NCBI GenBank assembly: GCA_964016885.1
Contig: OZ024756.1
Location: 11,036,001-11,100,000 of the forward strand
Source of the DNA: Eledone cirrhosa
Taxonomy: Eukaryota
Direction of reading: 5' to 3'
Length of the DNA stretch: 64,000 nt
How positions within the stretch are numbered: the stretch's first letter is position 1; every line of letters begins with the position of its first letter. Made by a program: the position numbers and the translations under genes. This document shows positions 11,652-28,690 of the stretch, one piece after another. The notes under the pieces were generated by a model. That model made no database searches and was not told where the DNA came from. It saw nothing but the letters and a program-made list of their open reading frames with translations.

Positions 11652-11711
<60 letters not shown>

Positions 11712-11741
11712 AGGTAAGAAGAAGCTTTTATTTTTGCAACT

Positions 11742-11802
<61 letters not shown>

Positions 11803-12399
11803 AAAGTTCTATTTAAAATTGTTGGGATACAACAAGTAAATATTTTTATAACTGATATAAAGCACTCAACAAGTATTTGGAGTAGATATACGATATTAAT
11901 AAATGGAAACTATATTTATAAAACCATATCTATTTCATTATACATATTTCAGGGATACCAAATTAAATTATGGTATGCCTTCAGACAAAATACAATATAT
12001 AACAGTTTTACAAATAAGCTTTGACGTACCCTATTAAAATGCAACCATTATTTTTGGAAGCCATCCGGATACATTTGGAAACCATACACAGACACTTACA
12101 TGTGAGAGAAATATAGGAAGTTGATGATAGCAAGCACTCCCCAACATTTCAGTTCTAGCTACATAATTATTCTTGGTGGTATTCAGACTAAAATTAAAAT
12201 TAACTTTTCTGATAGGTACAAGAGCAAGAAATTTAATTAATGTAATTTTAATTAATTTTCAATAATGAATGTTATTTAATTGATGTCAGGTGTGTTGGTA
12301 AGTTTTAATTCATCATAGCACTTTGTTAATATTTGAACTGTTATGAGTGGTTGGTTAGGATAGGATTTCACCTTTGATATTACTTTGGTCCTTAATGCT

Positions 12400-12915
12400 G
12401 GTTACTGTGGCTGTCTTAGTTGTGGTTGTTGTTATATTGAGTTTGTTGTTGTTATTAATGCTGTTGTTGGTGGTGGTGGTGGTGTTGTTGTGGTTGTTGT
12501 TGTTGCTCGTACTGCTGTTGTCATATTGGGTTTGTTGTTGTTATTAATGCTGTTGTTGTTGGTGTTGTTGTTGTAATGGTTCGTACTGCTGTTGTCATAT
12601 TGGGTTTGTTGTTGTTATTAATGCTGTTGTTGTTGGTGTTGTTGTTGTAATGGCTCATACTGCTGTTGTCATATTGGGTTTGTTGTTGTTATTAATGCTG
12701 TTATTGGTGTTGTTGTTGTTGTTGTAATGGCTCGTACTGCTGTTGTCATATTGGGTTTGTTGTTGTTATTAATGCTGTTGTTGGTGTTGTTGTTGTTGTT
12801 GTCATTACTGTTGTTGTTGGTGCTGGTGTAGTATTGAGGTAGTGCTGGTGTAGTATTGAGGTAGTGGTGGTGGTGGTGGTGTAGTCTGTAGTGGTGGTGG
12901 TGGTGGTGGTGGTGG
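12400..12915. repeat. (GTT/GGT)-rich low-complexity tract with internal repeats of about 75 bp
   Basis: Recurrent TACTGCTGTTGTCATATTGGGTTTGTTGTTGTTATTAATGCTG. Confidence 0.85.
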
Positions 12916-12924
12916 TTAGGGTTA

Positions 12925-15900
12925 TGCACACACATACACACTACCAACACGCATACATACACACTAACAACACATACACATACACACTACCAACATGCAC
13001 ACATACACACTAACAACACATACACATACACACTACCAACATGCACACATACACACTACCAACACGCACACATACACACTACCAACACGCACACATACAC
13101 ACTACCAACACACACACATACACACTACCAACACATACACATACACACTACCAACACATACACATACACACTACCAACACATACACACTAACAACACACA
13201 CACATACACACTACCAACACACACACATACACACTACCAACACATACACACTACCAACACATACACACTACCAACACATACACACTACCAACACACACAC
13301 ATACACACTACCAACACATACACATACACACTACCAACACATACACACTAACAACACACACATACACACTACCAACACACACACATACATACTACCAACA
13401 CATACACACTAACAACACACACATACACACTACCAACACACACACATACACACTACCAACACATACACATACACACTACCAACACATACACATACACACT
13501 ACCAACACATACACATACACACTAACAACAAACACATGCACACTACCAATACACACTACCAACACACATACATACTACCAACACATACACATACACACTA
13601 CCAACACGCACACATACACACTACCAACACGCACACATACACACTACCAACACACACACATACACACTACCAACACGCACACATACACACTACCAACACG
13701 CACACATACACACTACCAACACACACACATACACACTACCAACACGCACACATACACACTACCAACACGCACACATACACACTACCAACACGCACACATA
13801 CACACTACCAACACATACACATACACTCTACCAACACGCACACATACACACTACCAACATACACACATACACACTACCAACACATACACATACACACTAC
13901 CAACACATACACATACACACTACCAACACACATACACACTACCAACACATACACACTACCAACACATACACACTACCAACACACACACATACACACTACC
14001 AACACGCACACATACACACTACCAACACACACACATACACACTACCAACACATACACACTACCAACACATACACACTACCAACACACACATACACACTAC
14101 CAACACATACACACTAACAACACACACATACACACTACGAACACACACACATACACACTACCAGCACATACACATACACACTACCAACACACATACACAC
14201 TACCAACACATACACATACACACTATCAACACGCACACATACACACTACCAACACGCACACATACACACTACCAACACGCACACATACACACTACCAACA
14301 CGCACACATACACACTACCAACACGTACACATACACACTACCAACACGCACACATACACACTACCAACACGCACACATACACACTACCAACATACACACA
14401 TACACACTACCAACACATACACATACACACTACCAACACGCACACATACACACTACCAACATACACACTACCAACACGCACACATACACACTACCAACAC
14501 ATACACATACACACTACCAACACATACACACTACCAACACATACACACTAACAACACACACACATACACACTACCAACACACATACACACTACCAACACA
14601 TACACACTACCAACACATACACACTAACAACACACACATACACACTACCAACACATACACACTACCAACACACACATACACACTACCAACACATACACAT
14701 ACACACTACCAACATGCACACATACACACTACCAACACATACACACTACCAACACATACACGCTAACAACACACACATACACACTACCAACACATACACA
14801 CTACCAACACATACACACTAACAACACACACATACACACTACCAACACATACACATACACACTACCAACACATACACATACACACTACCAACACATACAC
14901 ATACACACTAACAACACACACATACACACTACCAACACACACACATACACACTACCAACACATACACATACACACTACCAACACACATACACACTACCAA
15001 CACATACACATACACACTACCAACACATACACACTACCAACACGCACACACTACCAACACACACACATACACACTACCAACACGCACACATACACACTAC
15101 CAACACATACACACTACCAACACACACACATACACACTACCAACACATACACATACACACTACCAACACGCACACATACACACTACCAACACGCACACAT
15201 ACACACTACCAACACGCACACATACACACTACTAACATACACACATACACACTACCAACACATACACATACACACTACCAACACGCACACATACACACTA
15301 CCAACATACACACATACACACTACCAACACATACACATACACACTACCAACACATACACACTACCAACACATACACATACACACTACCAACACATACACA
15401 CTACCAACACATACACATACACACTAACAACACACACGCATACACATACACACTACCAACACGCACACATACACACTACCAACACATACACACTACCAAC
15501 ACACACACACATACACACTACCAACACGCACACATACACACTACCAACACGCACACATACACACTACCAACACACACACATACACACTACCAACACGCAC
15601 ACATACACACTACCAACACGCACACATACACACTACCAACACGCACACATACACACTACCAACACGCACACATACACACTACCAACACGCACACATACAC
15701 ACTACCAACACGCACACATACACACTACCAACACATACACATACACTCTACCAACACGCACACATACACACTACCAACATACACACATACACACTACCAA
15801 CACATACACATACACACTACCAACACATACACATACACACTACCAACACACATACACACTACCAACACATACACACTACCAACACATACACACTACCAAC

Positions 15901-18900
15901 ACACACACATACACACTACCAACACGCACACATACACACTACCAACACACACACATACACACTACCAACACATACACACTACCAACACATACACACTACC
16001 AACACACACATACACACTACCAACACATACACACTAACAACACACACATACACACTACCAACACACACACATACACACTACCAGCACATACACATACACA
16101 CTACCAACACACATACACACTACCAACACATACACATACACACTACCAACACGCACACATACACACTACCAACACGCACACATACACACTACCAACACGC
16201 ACACATACACACTACCAACACGTACACATACACACTACCAACACGCACACATACACACTACCAACACGCACACATACACACTACCAACATACACACATAC
16301 ACACTACCAACACATACACATACACACTACCAACACGCACACATACACACTACCAACATACACACTACCAACACGCACACATACACACTACCAACACACA
16401 CACATACACACTACCAACACACATACACACTACCAACACATACACACTACCAACACATACACACTAACAACACACACATACACACTACCAACACATACAC
16501 ACTACCAACACACACATACACACTACCAACACATACACATACACACTACCAACATGCACACATACACACTACCAACACATACACACTACCAACACACACA
16601 CACATACACACTACCAACACGCACACATACACACTACCAACATGCACACATACACAAAACCAACACATACACACTACCAACACACACACATACACACTAC
16701 CAACACATACACATACACACTACCAACACATACACATGCACACTACCAACACGCACACATACACACTACCAACACACACACATACACACTACCAACACAT
16801 ACACACTACCAACACATACACATACACACTACCAACACATACACACTAACAACACACACACATACACATACACACTACCAACACACTACCAACACATACA
16901 CATACACACTACCAACACATACACGCTAACAACACACACATACACACTACCAACACATACACACTACCAACACATACACACTAACAACACACACATACAC
17001 ACTACCAACACATACACATACACACTACCAACACATACACATACACACTACCAACACATACACATACACACTAACAACACACACATACACACTACCAACA
17101 CACACACATACACACTACCAACACATACACATACACACTACCAACACACATACACACTACCAACACATACACATACACACTACCAACACATACACACTAC
17201 CAACACGCACACACTACCAACACACACACATACACACTACCAACACGCACACATACACACTACCAACACATACACACTACCAACACACACACATACACAC
17301 TACCAACACATACACATACACACTACCAACACGCACACATACACACTACCAACACGCACACATACACACTACCAACACGCACACATACACACTACTAACA
17401 TACACACATACACACTACCAACACATACACATACACACTACCAACACGCACACATACACACTACCAACATACACACATACACACTACCAACACATACACA
17501 TACACACTACCAACACATACACACTACCAACACATACACATACACACTACCAACACATACACACTACCAACACATACACACTAACAACACACACGCATAC
17601 ACATACACACTACCAACACGCACACATACACACTACCAACACATACACACTACCAACACACACACACATACACACTACCAACACGCACACATACACACTA
17701 CCAACACGCACAAATACACACTACCAACACACACACATACACACTACCAACACACACACATACACACTACCAACACATACACATACACACTACCAACACA
17801 TACACACTACCAACACATACACACTAACAACACACACATACACACTACCAACACATATACACTACCAACACACACATACACACTACCAACACATACACAT
17901 ACACACTACCAACATGCACACATACACACTACCAACACAAACACACTACCAACACACACACACATACACACTACCAACACGCACACATACACACTACCAA
18001 CATGCACACATACACACTACCAACACATACACACTACCAACACACACACATACACACTACCAACACATACACATACACACTACCAACACATACACATGCA
18101 CACTACCAACACGCACACATACACACTACCAACACACACACATAAACACTACCAACACATACACACTACCAACACATACACATACACACTACCAACACAT
18201 ACACACTAACAACACACACACATGCACATACACACTACCAACACACTACCAACACATACACATACACACTACCAACACATACACGCTAACAACACACACA
18301 TACACACTACCAACACATACACACTACCAACACATACACACTAACAACACACACATACACACTACCAACACATACACATACACACTACCAACACATACAC
18401 ATACACACTACCAACACATACACATACACACTAACAACACACACATACACACTACCAACACACACACATACACACTACCAACACATACACATACACACTA
18501 CCAACACACATACACACTACCAACACATACACATACACACTACCAACACATACACACTACCAACACGCACACACTACCAACACACACACATACACACTAC
18601 CAACACGCACACATACACACTACCAACACATACACACTACCAACACACACACATACACACTACCAACACATACACATACACACTACCAACACGCACACAT
18701 ACACACTACCAACACGCACACATACACACTACCAACACGCACACATACACACTACTAACATACACACATACACACTACCAACACATACACATACACACTA
18801 CCAACACGCACACATACACACTACCAACATACACACATACACACTACCAACACATACACATACACACTACCAACACATACACACTACCAACACATACACA

Positions 18901-20655
18901 TACACACTACCAACACATACACACTACCAACACATACACATACACACTAACAACACACACGCATACACATACACACTACCAACACGCACACATACACACT
19001 ACCAACACATACACACTACCAACACACACACACATACACACTACCAACACACACACATACACACTACCAACACGCACAAATACACACTACCAACACACAC
19101 ACATACACACTACCAACACACACACATACACACTACCAACACATATACACTACCAACACACACATACACACTACCAACACATACACATACACACTACCAA
19201 CATGCACACATACACACTACCAACACATACACACTACCAACACACACACATACACACTACCAACACATACACATACACACTACCAACACATACACATGCA
19301 CACTACCAACACGCACACATACACACTACCAACACACACACATACACACTACCAACACATACACATACACACTACCAACACATACACACTAACAACACAC
19401 ACACATACACATACACATTACCAACACACTACCAACACATACACATACACACTACCAACACATACACATACACACTACCAACACATACGCATACACACTA
19501 ACAACACACACATACACACTACCAACACACACACATACACACTACCAACACATACACATACACACTACCAACACACATACACACTACCAACACATACACA
19601 TACACACTACCAACACATACACACTACCAACACGCACACACTACCAACACACACACATACACACTACCAACACGCACACATACACACTACCAACACATAC
19701 ACACTACCAACACACACACATACACACTACCAACACATACACATACACACTACCAACACGCACACATACACACTACCAACACGCACACATACACACTACC
19801 AACATGCACACATACACACTACTAACATACACACATACACACTACCAACACATACACATACACACTACCAACATACACACATACACACTACCAACACATA
19901 CACATACACACTACCAACACATACACACTACCAACACATACACATACACACTACCAACACATACACACTACCAACACATACACATACACACTAACAACAC
20001 ACACGCATACACATACACACTACCAACACGCACACATACACACTACCAACACATACACACTACCAACACACACACACATACACACTACCAACACGCACAC
20101 ATACACACTACCAACACGCACAAATACACACTACCAACACACACACATACACACTACCAACACATACACATACACACTACCAACACATACACACTACCAA
20201 CACACACACAAACACACTACCAACACACACACATACACACTACCAACACATACACATACACACTACCAACACATACACATACACACTACCAACATACACA
20301 CATACACACTACCAACACATACACGTACACACTATCAACACATACACACTAACAACACACACACATACACATACACACTACCAACACACATACACACTAC
20401 CAACACATACACATACACATACACACTACTAACACATACACACTAACAACACACACATACACACTACCAACACGCACACACTACCAACACACACACATAC
20501 ACACTACCAACACGCACACCTACACACTACCAACACGCACACATACACACTAGCAACACACACATATACACACTACCAACACACACACATACACACTACC
20601 ATCACACACACATACACACTACCAACACATACACACTACCAACACACACACACCC
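12925..20655. repeat. 7.7-kb compound CA-rich minisatellite (ACACATACACACTACCAAC with variable CA spacers)
   Basis: Direct reading; explains the His/Thr-rich ORFs. Confidence 0.97.
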
Positions 20656-20842
20656 TACACCCACACCCTTACCACACTACCCCCTACGCCACCTGTTAAC
20701 CAGTTGTTTATTTCTACTCTCACATCCACCACAATCTCATTTATTTTAGCTTTGTTACCAAGGTTACTAATAACAGCTACAATTATGTTTCCTATTGTGC
20801 AAGAAACCATATTTAATCTTGAAGTAATAGAATTTTAAAAGA

Positions 20843-23800
20843 TGTCAGAGTTATTAGAACATAAGATAGAATATTGGGTGTTATTCTGGCAGTCTCTGGT
20901 CTCAGTTCAAATCTTACCAATGTCAGAGTTATTAGAACATAAGATAGAATATTGGGTGATATTCTGGCACTTTCTGGTCTCAGTTCAAATCTTACCAATG
21001 TCAGAGTTATTAGAACATAAGATAGAATATTGGGTGATATTCTGGCACTCTCTGGTCTCAGTTCAAATCTTACCAATGTCAGAGTTATTAGAACATAAGA
21101 TAGAATATTGGGTGATATTCTGGCACTCTCTGGTCTCAGTTCAAATCTTACCAATGTCAGAGTTATTAGAACATAAGATAGAATATTGGGTGATATTCTG
21201 CCACTCTCTGGTCTCAGTTCAAATCTTACCAATGTCAGAGTTATTAGAACATAAGATAGAATATTGGGTGATATTCTGGCACTTTCTGGTCTCAGTTCAA
21301 ATCTTACCAATGTCAAAGTTATTAGAACATAAGATAGAATATTGGGTGATATTCTGGCACTTTCTGGTCTCAGTTCAAATCTTACCAATGTCAGAGTTAT
21401 TAGAACATAAGATAGAATATTGGGTGATATTCTGCCACTCTCTGGTCTCAGTTCAAATCTTACCAATGTCAGAGTTATTAGAACATAAGATAGAATATTG
21501 GGTGATATTCTGGCACTTTCTGGTCTCAGTTCAAATCTTACCAATGTCAGAGTTATTAGAATATAAGATAGAATATTGGGTGATATTCTGCCACTCTCTG
21601 GTCTCAGTTCAAATCTTACCAATGTCAGAGTTATTAGAACATAAGATAGAATATTGGGTGTTATTCTGGCAGTCTCTGGTCTCAGTTCAAATCTTACCAA
21701 TGTCAGAGTTATTAGAACATAAGATAGAATATTGGGTGATATTCTGCCACTCTCTGGTCTCAGTTCAAATCTTACCAATGTCAGAGTTATTAGAACATAA
21801 GATAGAATATTGGGTGATATTCTGCCACTTTCTGGTCTCAGTTCAAATCTTACCAATGTCAGAGTTATTAGAACATAAGATAGAATATTGGGTGATATTC
21901 TGGCACTCTCTGGTCTCAGTTCAAATCTTACCAATGTCAGAGTTATTAGAACATAAGATAGAATATTGGGTGATATTCTGGCACTCTCTGGTCTCAGTTC
22001 AAATCTTACCAATGTCAGAGTTATTAGAACATAAAATAGAATATTGGGTGATATTCTGCCACTCTCTGGTCTCAGTTCAAATCTTACCAATGTCAGAGTT
22101 ATTAGAACATAAGATAGAATATTGGGTGATATTCTGGCACTTTCTGGTCTCAGTTCAAATCTTACCAATGTCAGAGTTATTAGAACATAAGATAGAATAT
22201 TGGGTGATATTCTGGCACTCTCTGGTCTCAGTTCAAATCTTACCAATGTCAGAGTTATTAGAACATAAGATAGAATATTGGGTGATATTCTGGCACTTTC
22301 TGGTCTCAGTTCAAATCTTACCAATGTCAGAGTTATTAGAACATAAGATAGAATATTGGGTGATATTCTGCCACTCTCTGGTCTCAGTTCAAATCTTACC
22401 AATGTCAGAGTTATTAGAACATAAGATAGAATATTGGGTGATATTCTGGCACTCTCTGGCCTCAGTTCAAATCTTACCAATGTCAGAGTTATTAGAACAT
22501 AAGATAGAATATTGGGTGATATTCTGCCACTTTCTGGCCTCAGTTCAAATCTTACCAATGTCAGAGTTATTAGAACATAAGATAGAATATTGGGTGATAT
22601 TCTGCCACTTTCTGGCCTCAGTTCAAATCTTACCAATGTCAGAGTTATTAGAACATAAGATAGAATATTGGGTGATATTCTGGCACTTTCTGGCCTCAGT
22701 TCAAATCTTACCAATGTCAGAGTTATTAGAACATAAGATAGAATATTGGGTGATATTCTGCCACTTTCTGGCCTCAGTTCAAATCTTACCAATGTCAGAG
22801 TTATTAGAACATAAGATAGAATATTGGGTGATATTCTGGCAGTCTCTGGCCTCAGTTCAAATCTTACCAATGTCAGAGTTATTAGAACATAAGATAGAAT
22901 ATTGGGTGATATTCTGGCACTCTCTGGTCTCAGTTCAAATCTTACCAATGTCAGAGTTATTAGAACATAAGATAGAATATTGGGTGATATTCTGCCACTC
23001 TCTGGTCTCAGTTCAAATCTTACCAATGTCAGAGTTATTAGAACATAAGATAGAATATTGGGTGATATTCTGGCAGTCTCTGGTCTCAGTTCAAATCTTA
23101 CCAATGTCAGAGTTATTAGAACATAAGATAGAATATTGGGTGATATTCTGCCACTCTCTGGTCTCAGTTCAAATCTTACCAATGTCAGAGTTATTAGAAC
23201 ATAAGATAGAATATTGGGTGATATTCTGGCACTTTCTGGTCTCAGTTCAAATCTTACCAATGTCAGAGTTATTAGAACATAAGATAGAATATTGGGTGAT
23301 ATTCTGGCACTCTCTGGTCTCAGTTCAAATCTTACCAATGTCAGAGTTATTAGAACATAAGATAGAATATTGGGTGATATTCTGGCACTCTCTGGTCTCA
23401 GTTCAAATCTTACCAATGTCAGAGTTATTAGAACATAAGATAGAATATTGGGTGATATTCTGGCACTCTCTGGTCTCAGTTCAAATCTTACCAATGTCAG
23501 AGTTATTAGAACATAAGATAGAATATTGGGTGATATTCTGGCACTTTCTGGTCTCAGTTCAAATCTTACCAATGTCAGAGTTATTAGAACATAAGATAGA
23601 ATATTGGGTGATATTCTGGCACTCTCTGGTCTCAGTTCAAATCTTACCAATGTCAGAGTTATTAGAACATAAGATAGAATATTGGGTGATATTCTGGCAC
23701 TCTCTGGTCTCAGTTCAAATCTTACCAATGTCAGAGTTATTAGAACATAAGATAGAATATTGGGTGATATTCTGGCACTCTCTGGTCTCAGTTCAAATCT

Positions 23801-25836
23801 TACCAATGTCAGAGTTATTAGAACATAAGATAGAATATTGGGTGATATTCTGGCACTCTCTGGTCTCAGTTCAAATCTTACCAATGTCAGAGTTATTAGA
23901 ACATAAGATAGAATATTGGGTGATATTCTGGCACTTTCTGGTCTCAGTTCAAATCTTACCAATGTCAGAGTTATTAGAACATAAGATAGAATATTGGGTG
24001 ATATTCTGGCACTCTCTGGTCTCAGTTCAAATCTTACCAATGTCAGAGTTATTAGAACATAAGATAGAATATTGGGTGATATTCTGCCACTCTCTGGTCT
24101 CAGTTCAAATCTTACCAATGTCAGAGTTATTAGAACATAAGATAGAATATTGGGTGATATTCTGCCACTCTCTGGTCTCAGTTCAAATCTTACCAATGTC
24201 AGAGTTATTAGAACATAAGATAGAATATTGGGTGATATTCTGGCACTTTCTGGTCTCAGTTCAAATCTTACCAATGTCAAAGTTATTAGAACATAAGATA
24301 GAATATTGGGTGATATTCTGGCACTTTCTGGTCTCAGTTCAAATCTTACCAATGTCAGAGTTATTAGAACATAAGATAGAATATTGGGTGATATTCTGCC
24401 ACTCTCTGGTCTCAGTTCAAATCTTACCAATGTCAGAGTTATTAGAACATAAGATAGAATATTGGGTGATATTCTGGCACTTTCTGGTCTCAGTTCAAAT
24501 CTTACCAATGTCAGAGTTATTAGAACATAAGATAGAATATTGGGTGATATTCTGGCACTCTCTGGTCTCAGTTCAAATCTTACCAATGTCAGAGTTATTA
24601 GAACATAAGATAGAATATTGGGTGATATTCTGGCACTTTCTGGTCTCAGTTCAAATCTTACCAATGTCAGAGTTATTAGAACATAAGATAGAATATTGGG
24701 TGATATTCTGCCACTCTCTGGTCTCAGTTCAAATCTTACCAATGTCAGAGTTATTAGAACATAAGATAGAATATTGGGTGATATTCTGGCACTCTCTGGC
24801 CTCAGTTCAAGTCTTACCAATGTCAGAGTTATTAGAACATAAGATAGAATATTGGGTGATATTCTGGCACTCTCTGGTCTCAGTTCAAATCTTACCAATG
24901 TCAGAGTTATTAGAACATAAGATAGAATATTGGGTGATATTCTGGCACTTTCTGGTCTCAGTTCAAATCTTACCAATGTCAGAGTTATTAGAACATAAGA
25001 TAGAATATTGGGTGATATTCTGCCACTTTCTGGCCTCAGTTCAAATCTTACCAATGTCAGAGTTATTAGAACATAAGATAGAATATTGGGTGATATTCTG
25101 CCACTTTCTGGCCTCAGTTCAAATCTTACCAATGTCAGAGTTATTAGAACATAAGATAGAATATTGGGTGATATTCTGCCACTTTCTGGCCTCAGTTCAA
25201 ATCTTACCAATGTCAGAGTTATTAGAACATAAGATAGAATATTGGGTGATATTCTGGCACTCTCTGGTCTCAGTTCAAGTCTTACCAATGTCAGAGTTAT
25301 TAGAACATAAGATAGAATATTGGGTGATATTCTGGCACTTTCTGGTCTCAGTTCAAATCTTACCAATGTCAGAGTTATTAGAACATAAGATAGAATACTG
25401 GGTGATATTCTGGCACTCTCTGATCTCAGTTCAAGTCTTACCAATGTCAGAGTTATTAGAACATAAGATAGAATATTGGGTGATATTCTGCCACTTTCTG
25501 GCCTCAGTTCAAATCTTACCAATGTCAAAGTTATTAGAACATAAGATAGAATATTGGGTGATATTCTGGCACTCTCTGGTCTCAGTTCAAGTCTTACCAA
25601 TGTCAGAGTTATTAGAACATAAGATAGAATATTGGATGATATTCTGCCACTCTCTGGTCTCAGTTCAAATCTTACCAATGTCAAAGTTATTAGAACATAA
25701 GATAGAATATTGGGTGATATTCTGCCACTCTCTGGTCTCAGTTCAAATCTTACCAATGTCAGAGTTATTAGAACATAAGATAGAATATTGGGTGATATTC
25801 TGGCAGTCTCTGGCCTCAGTTCAAATCTTACCAATG
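20843..25836. repeat. Homogeneous 78-bp satellite, about 64 units, resembling a SINE tRNA-like head
   Basis: Unit GTCAGAGTTATTAGAACATAAGATAGAATATTGGGTGATATTCTGGCACTCTCTGGTCTCAGTTCAAATCTTACCAAT. Confidence 0.97.
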
Positions 25837-25888
25837 TATGAATTTAACTCTCAAATCTTAAAATTATAATTAAAATATTTAATTATAA

Positions 25889-25978
25889 CACTTGTCCAAG
25901 GTGCCACACAGCAGGATAGAACTCAGGAACCTGTGGTTATGAAGCAAACCCCTTAAATCACACAGTCATACTTGCTCA
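25889..25978 (-). mobile_element. SINE head fragment, related to 53085-53180
   Basis: CACTTGTCCAAGGTGCC...GAAC shared with CACTTGTCGAAGGTGCC...GAAC near 53090. Confidence 0.55.
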
Positions 25979-26447
25979 CATATAACAATCTTAAAATTAT
26001 AATTAAAAAATGTAACTCCCTTCTTGGACAATATGAATTTTGATTAAAATACTTATTAAATTTTTAAATAGAAAGAAATATTTTCAATTCTACAACCATG
26101 TAATTTAAACTCTAATCTTATCTTAATTTTCTTAATTTGGAAAATTAATTTTTTTATTTTCTGTGAAACACAAAATTTTCATTATAAAATTTAAAAGAAA
26201 AAAACTTTATAAAAAAAAATAAATAAATTTGCGTTTCTGGGAAATAAAAATTTTCATTACAGGATATTTTAAAAATTATTAATTAGAAAAATTAATTTTA
26301 CTTTATTTTAAAAAAATATGATTTTATTATAATTCCTTCTAATTTACTAAGGCCTTCCCCACCACCCCACCGCCAACGCCCAATAACTTAACTCATCATT
26401 ATCTTGATTATTCCTTTTCTTTTAATTAAAAATTATATAATTCTATT

Positions 26448-28543
26448 GCATACAGCTAACTAACGTTACCATACAGTTAACTAACGTTACCATAGAGCTA
26501 TCTAACGTTACCATACAGTTAACTAACGTTACCATAGAGATATCTAACGTTACCATACAGCTAACGTTACTATACAGCTAACTAACGTTACCATACAGCT
26601 ATCTAACGTTACCATACAGCTATCTAACGTTACCATAGAGCTATCTAACGTTACCATACAGCTATCTAACGTTACCATAGAGCTATCTAACGTTACCATA
26701 CAGCTATCTAACGTTACCATACAGCTATCTAACGTTACCATAGAGCTATCTAACGTTACCATACAGCTATCTAACGTTACCATAGAGCTAACTAACGTTA
26801 CCATAGAGCTAACTAACGTTACCATAGAGCTATCTAACGTTACCATACAGCTATCTAACGTTACCATACAGCTATCTAACGTTACCATAGAGCTATCTAA
26901 CGTTACCATACAGCTATCTAACGTTACCATAGAGCTATCTAACGTTACCATACAGCTAACTAACGTTACCATAGAGCTATCTAACGTTACCATACAGCTA
27001 TCTAACGTTACCATAGAGCTATCTAACGTTACCATACAGCTAACTAACGTTACCATAGAGCTAACTAACGTTACCATAGAGCTATCTAACGTTACCATAC
27101 AGCTAACTAACGTTACCATAGAGCTAACTAACGTTACCATAGAGCTATCTAACGTTACCATACAGCTATCTAACGTTACCATAGAGCTATCTAACGTTAC
27201 CATACAGCTAACTAACGTTACCATAGAGCTAACTAACGTTACCATAGAGCTATCTAACGTTACCATACAGCTATCTAACGTTACCATAGAGCTATCTAAC
27301 GTTACCATACAGCTATCTAACGTTACCATACAGCTAACTAACGTTACCATAGAGCTAACGTTACCATAGAGCTATCTAACGTTACCATAGAGCTATCTAA
27401 CGTTACCATAGAGCTATCTAACGTTACCATACAGCTATCTAACGTTACCATACAGCTATCTAACGTTACCATAGAGCTATCTAACGTTACCATAGAGCTA
27501 TCTAACGTTACCATACAGCTATCTAACGTTACCATAGAGCTAACGTTACCATAGAGCTATCTAACGTTACCATAGAGCTATCTAACGTTACCATAGAGCT
27601 ATCTAACGTTACCATACAGCTATCTAACGTTACCATAGAGCTATCTAACGTTACCATAGAGCTATCTAACGTTACCATAGAGCTATCTAACGTTACCATA
27701 CAGCTAACTAACGTTACCATAGAGCTAACTAACGTTACCATACAGCTAACTAACGTTACCATACAGCTAACTAACGTTACCATAGAGCTAACTAACGTTA
27801 CCATACAGCTAACTAACGTTACCATAGAGCTATCTAACGTTACCATACAGCTATCTAACGTTACCATAGAGCTAACTAACGTTACCATACAGCTATCTAA
27901 CGTTACCATACAGCTATCTAACGTTACCATAGAGCTAACTAACGTTACCATAGAGCTAACTAACGTTACCATACAGCTAACTAACGTTACCATACAGCTA
28001 ACTAACGTTACCATACAGCTATCTAACGTTACCATACAGCTAACTAACGTTACCATAGAGCTAACTAACGTTACCATACAGCTAACTAACGTTACCATAG
28101 AGCTAACTAACGTTACCATACAGCTAACTAACGTTACCATACAGCTAACTAACGTTACCATAGAGCTAACTAACGTTACCATAGAGCTATCTAACGTTAC
28201 CATACAGCTATCTAACGTTACCATAGAGCTAACTAACGTTACCATACAGCTATCTAACGTTACCATAGAGCTATCTAACGTTACCATAGAGCTATCTAAC
28301 GTTACCATAGAGCTAACTAACGTTACCATACAGCTAACTAACGTTACCATAGAGCTATCTAACGTTACCATAGAGCTATCTAACGTTACCATAGAGCTAA
28401 CTAACGTTACCATACAGCTAACTAACGTTACCATAGAGCTATCTAACGTTACCATAGAGCTATCTAACGTTACCATACAGCTATCTAACGTTACCATAGA
28501 GCTAACTAACGTTACCATAGAGCTAACTAACGTTACCATACAG
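26448..28543. repeat. 21-bp minisatellite CTA(A/T)CTAACGTTACCATA(C/G)AG, about 100 units
   Basis: Direct reading; two dimorphic positions and three 17-bp short units. Confidence 0.97.
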
Positions 28544-28690
28544 GTAAGAAACGTTACTAACAAAGTATATTACCTGTAAATATATATACAAATACACAAT
28601 GGATATTATCATATTAGATGTAGCTTGGTGGTGGTGGAGGAGGTGGCAACACCAGTAATGATGGTTTATATACAATTTTATTTGAAATTG

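Noticed and set aside
20813-25869. ORFs of 1673 and 1675 aa on opposite strands
   Set aside because: The 78-bp unit is 26 codons and happens to lack stops in these frames; no domain or unique sequence
1-28543. CRISPR-like regular arrays
   Set aside because: Head-to-tail units without unique spacers, no cas genes, eukaryotic context
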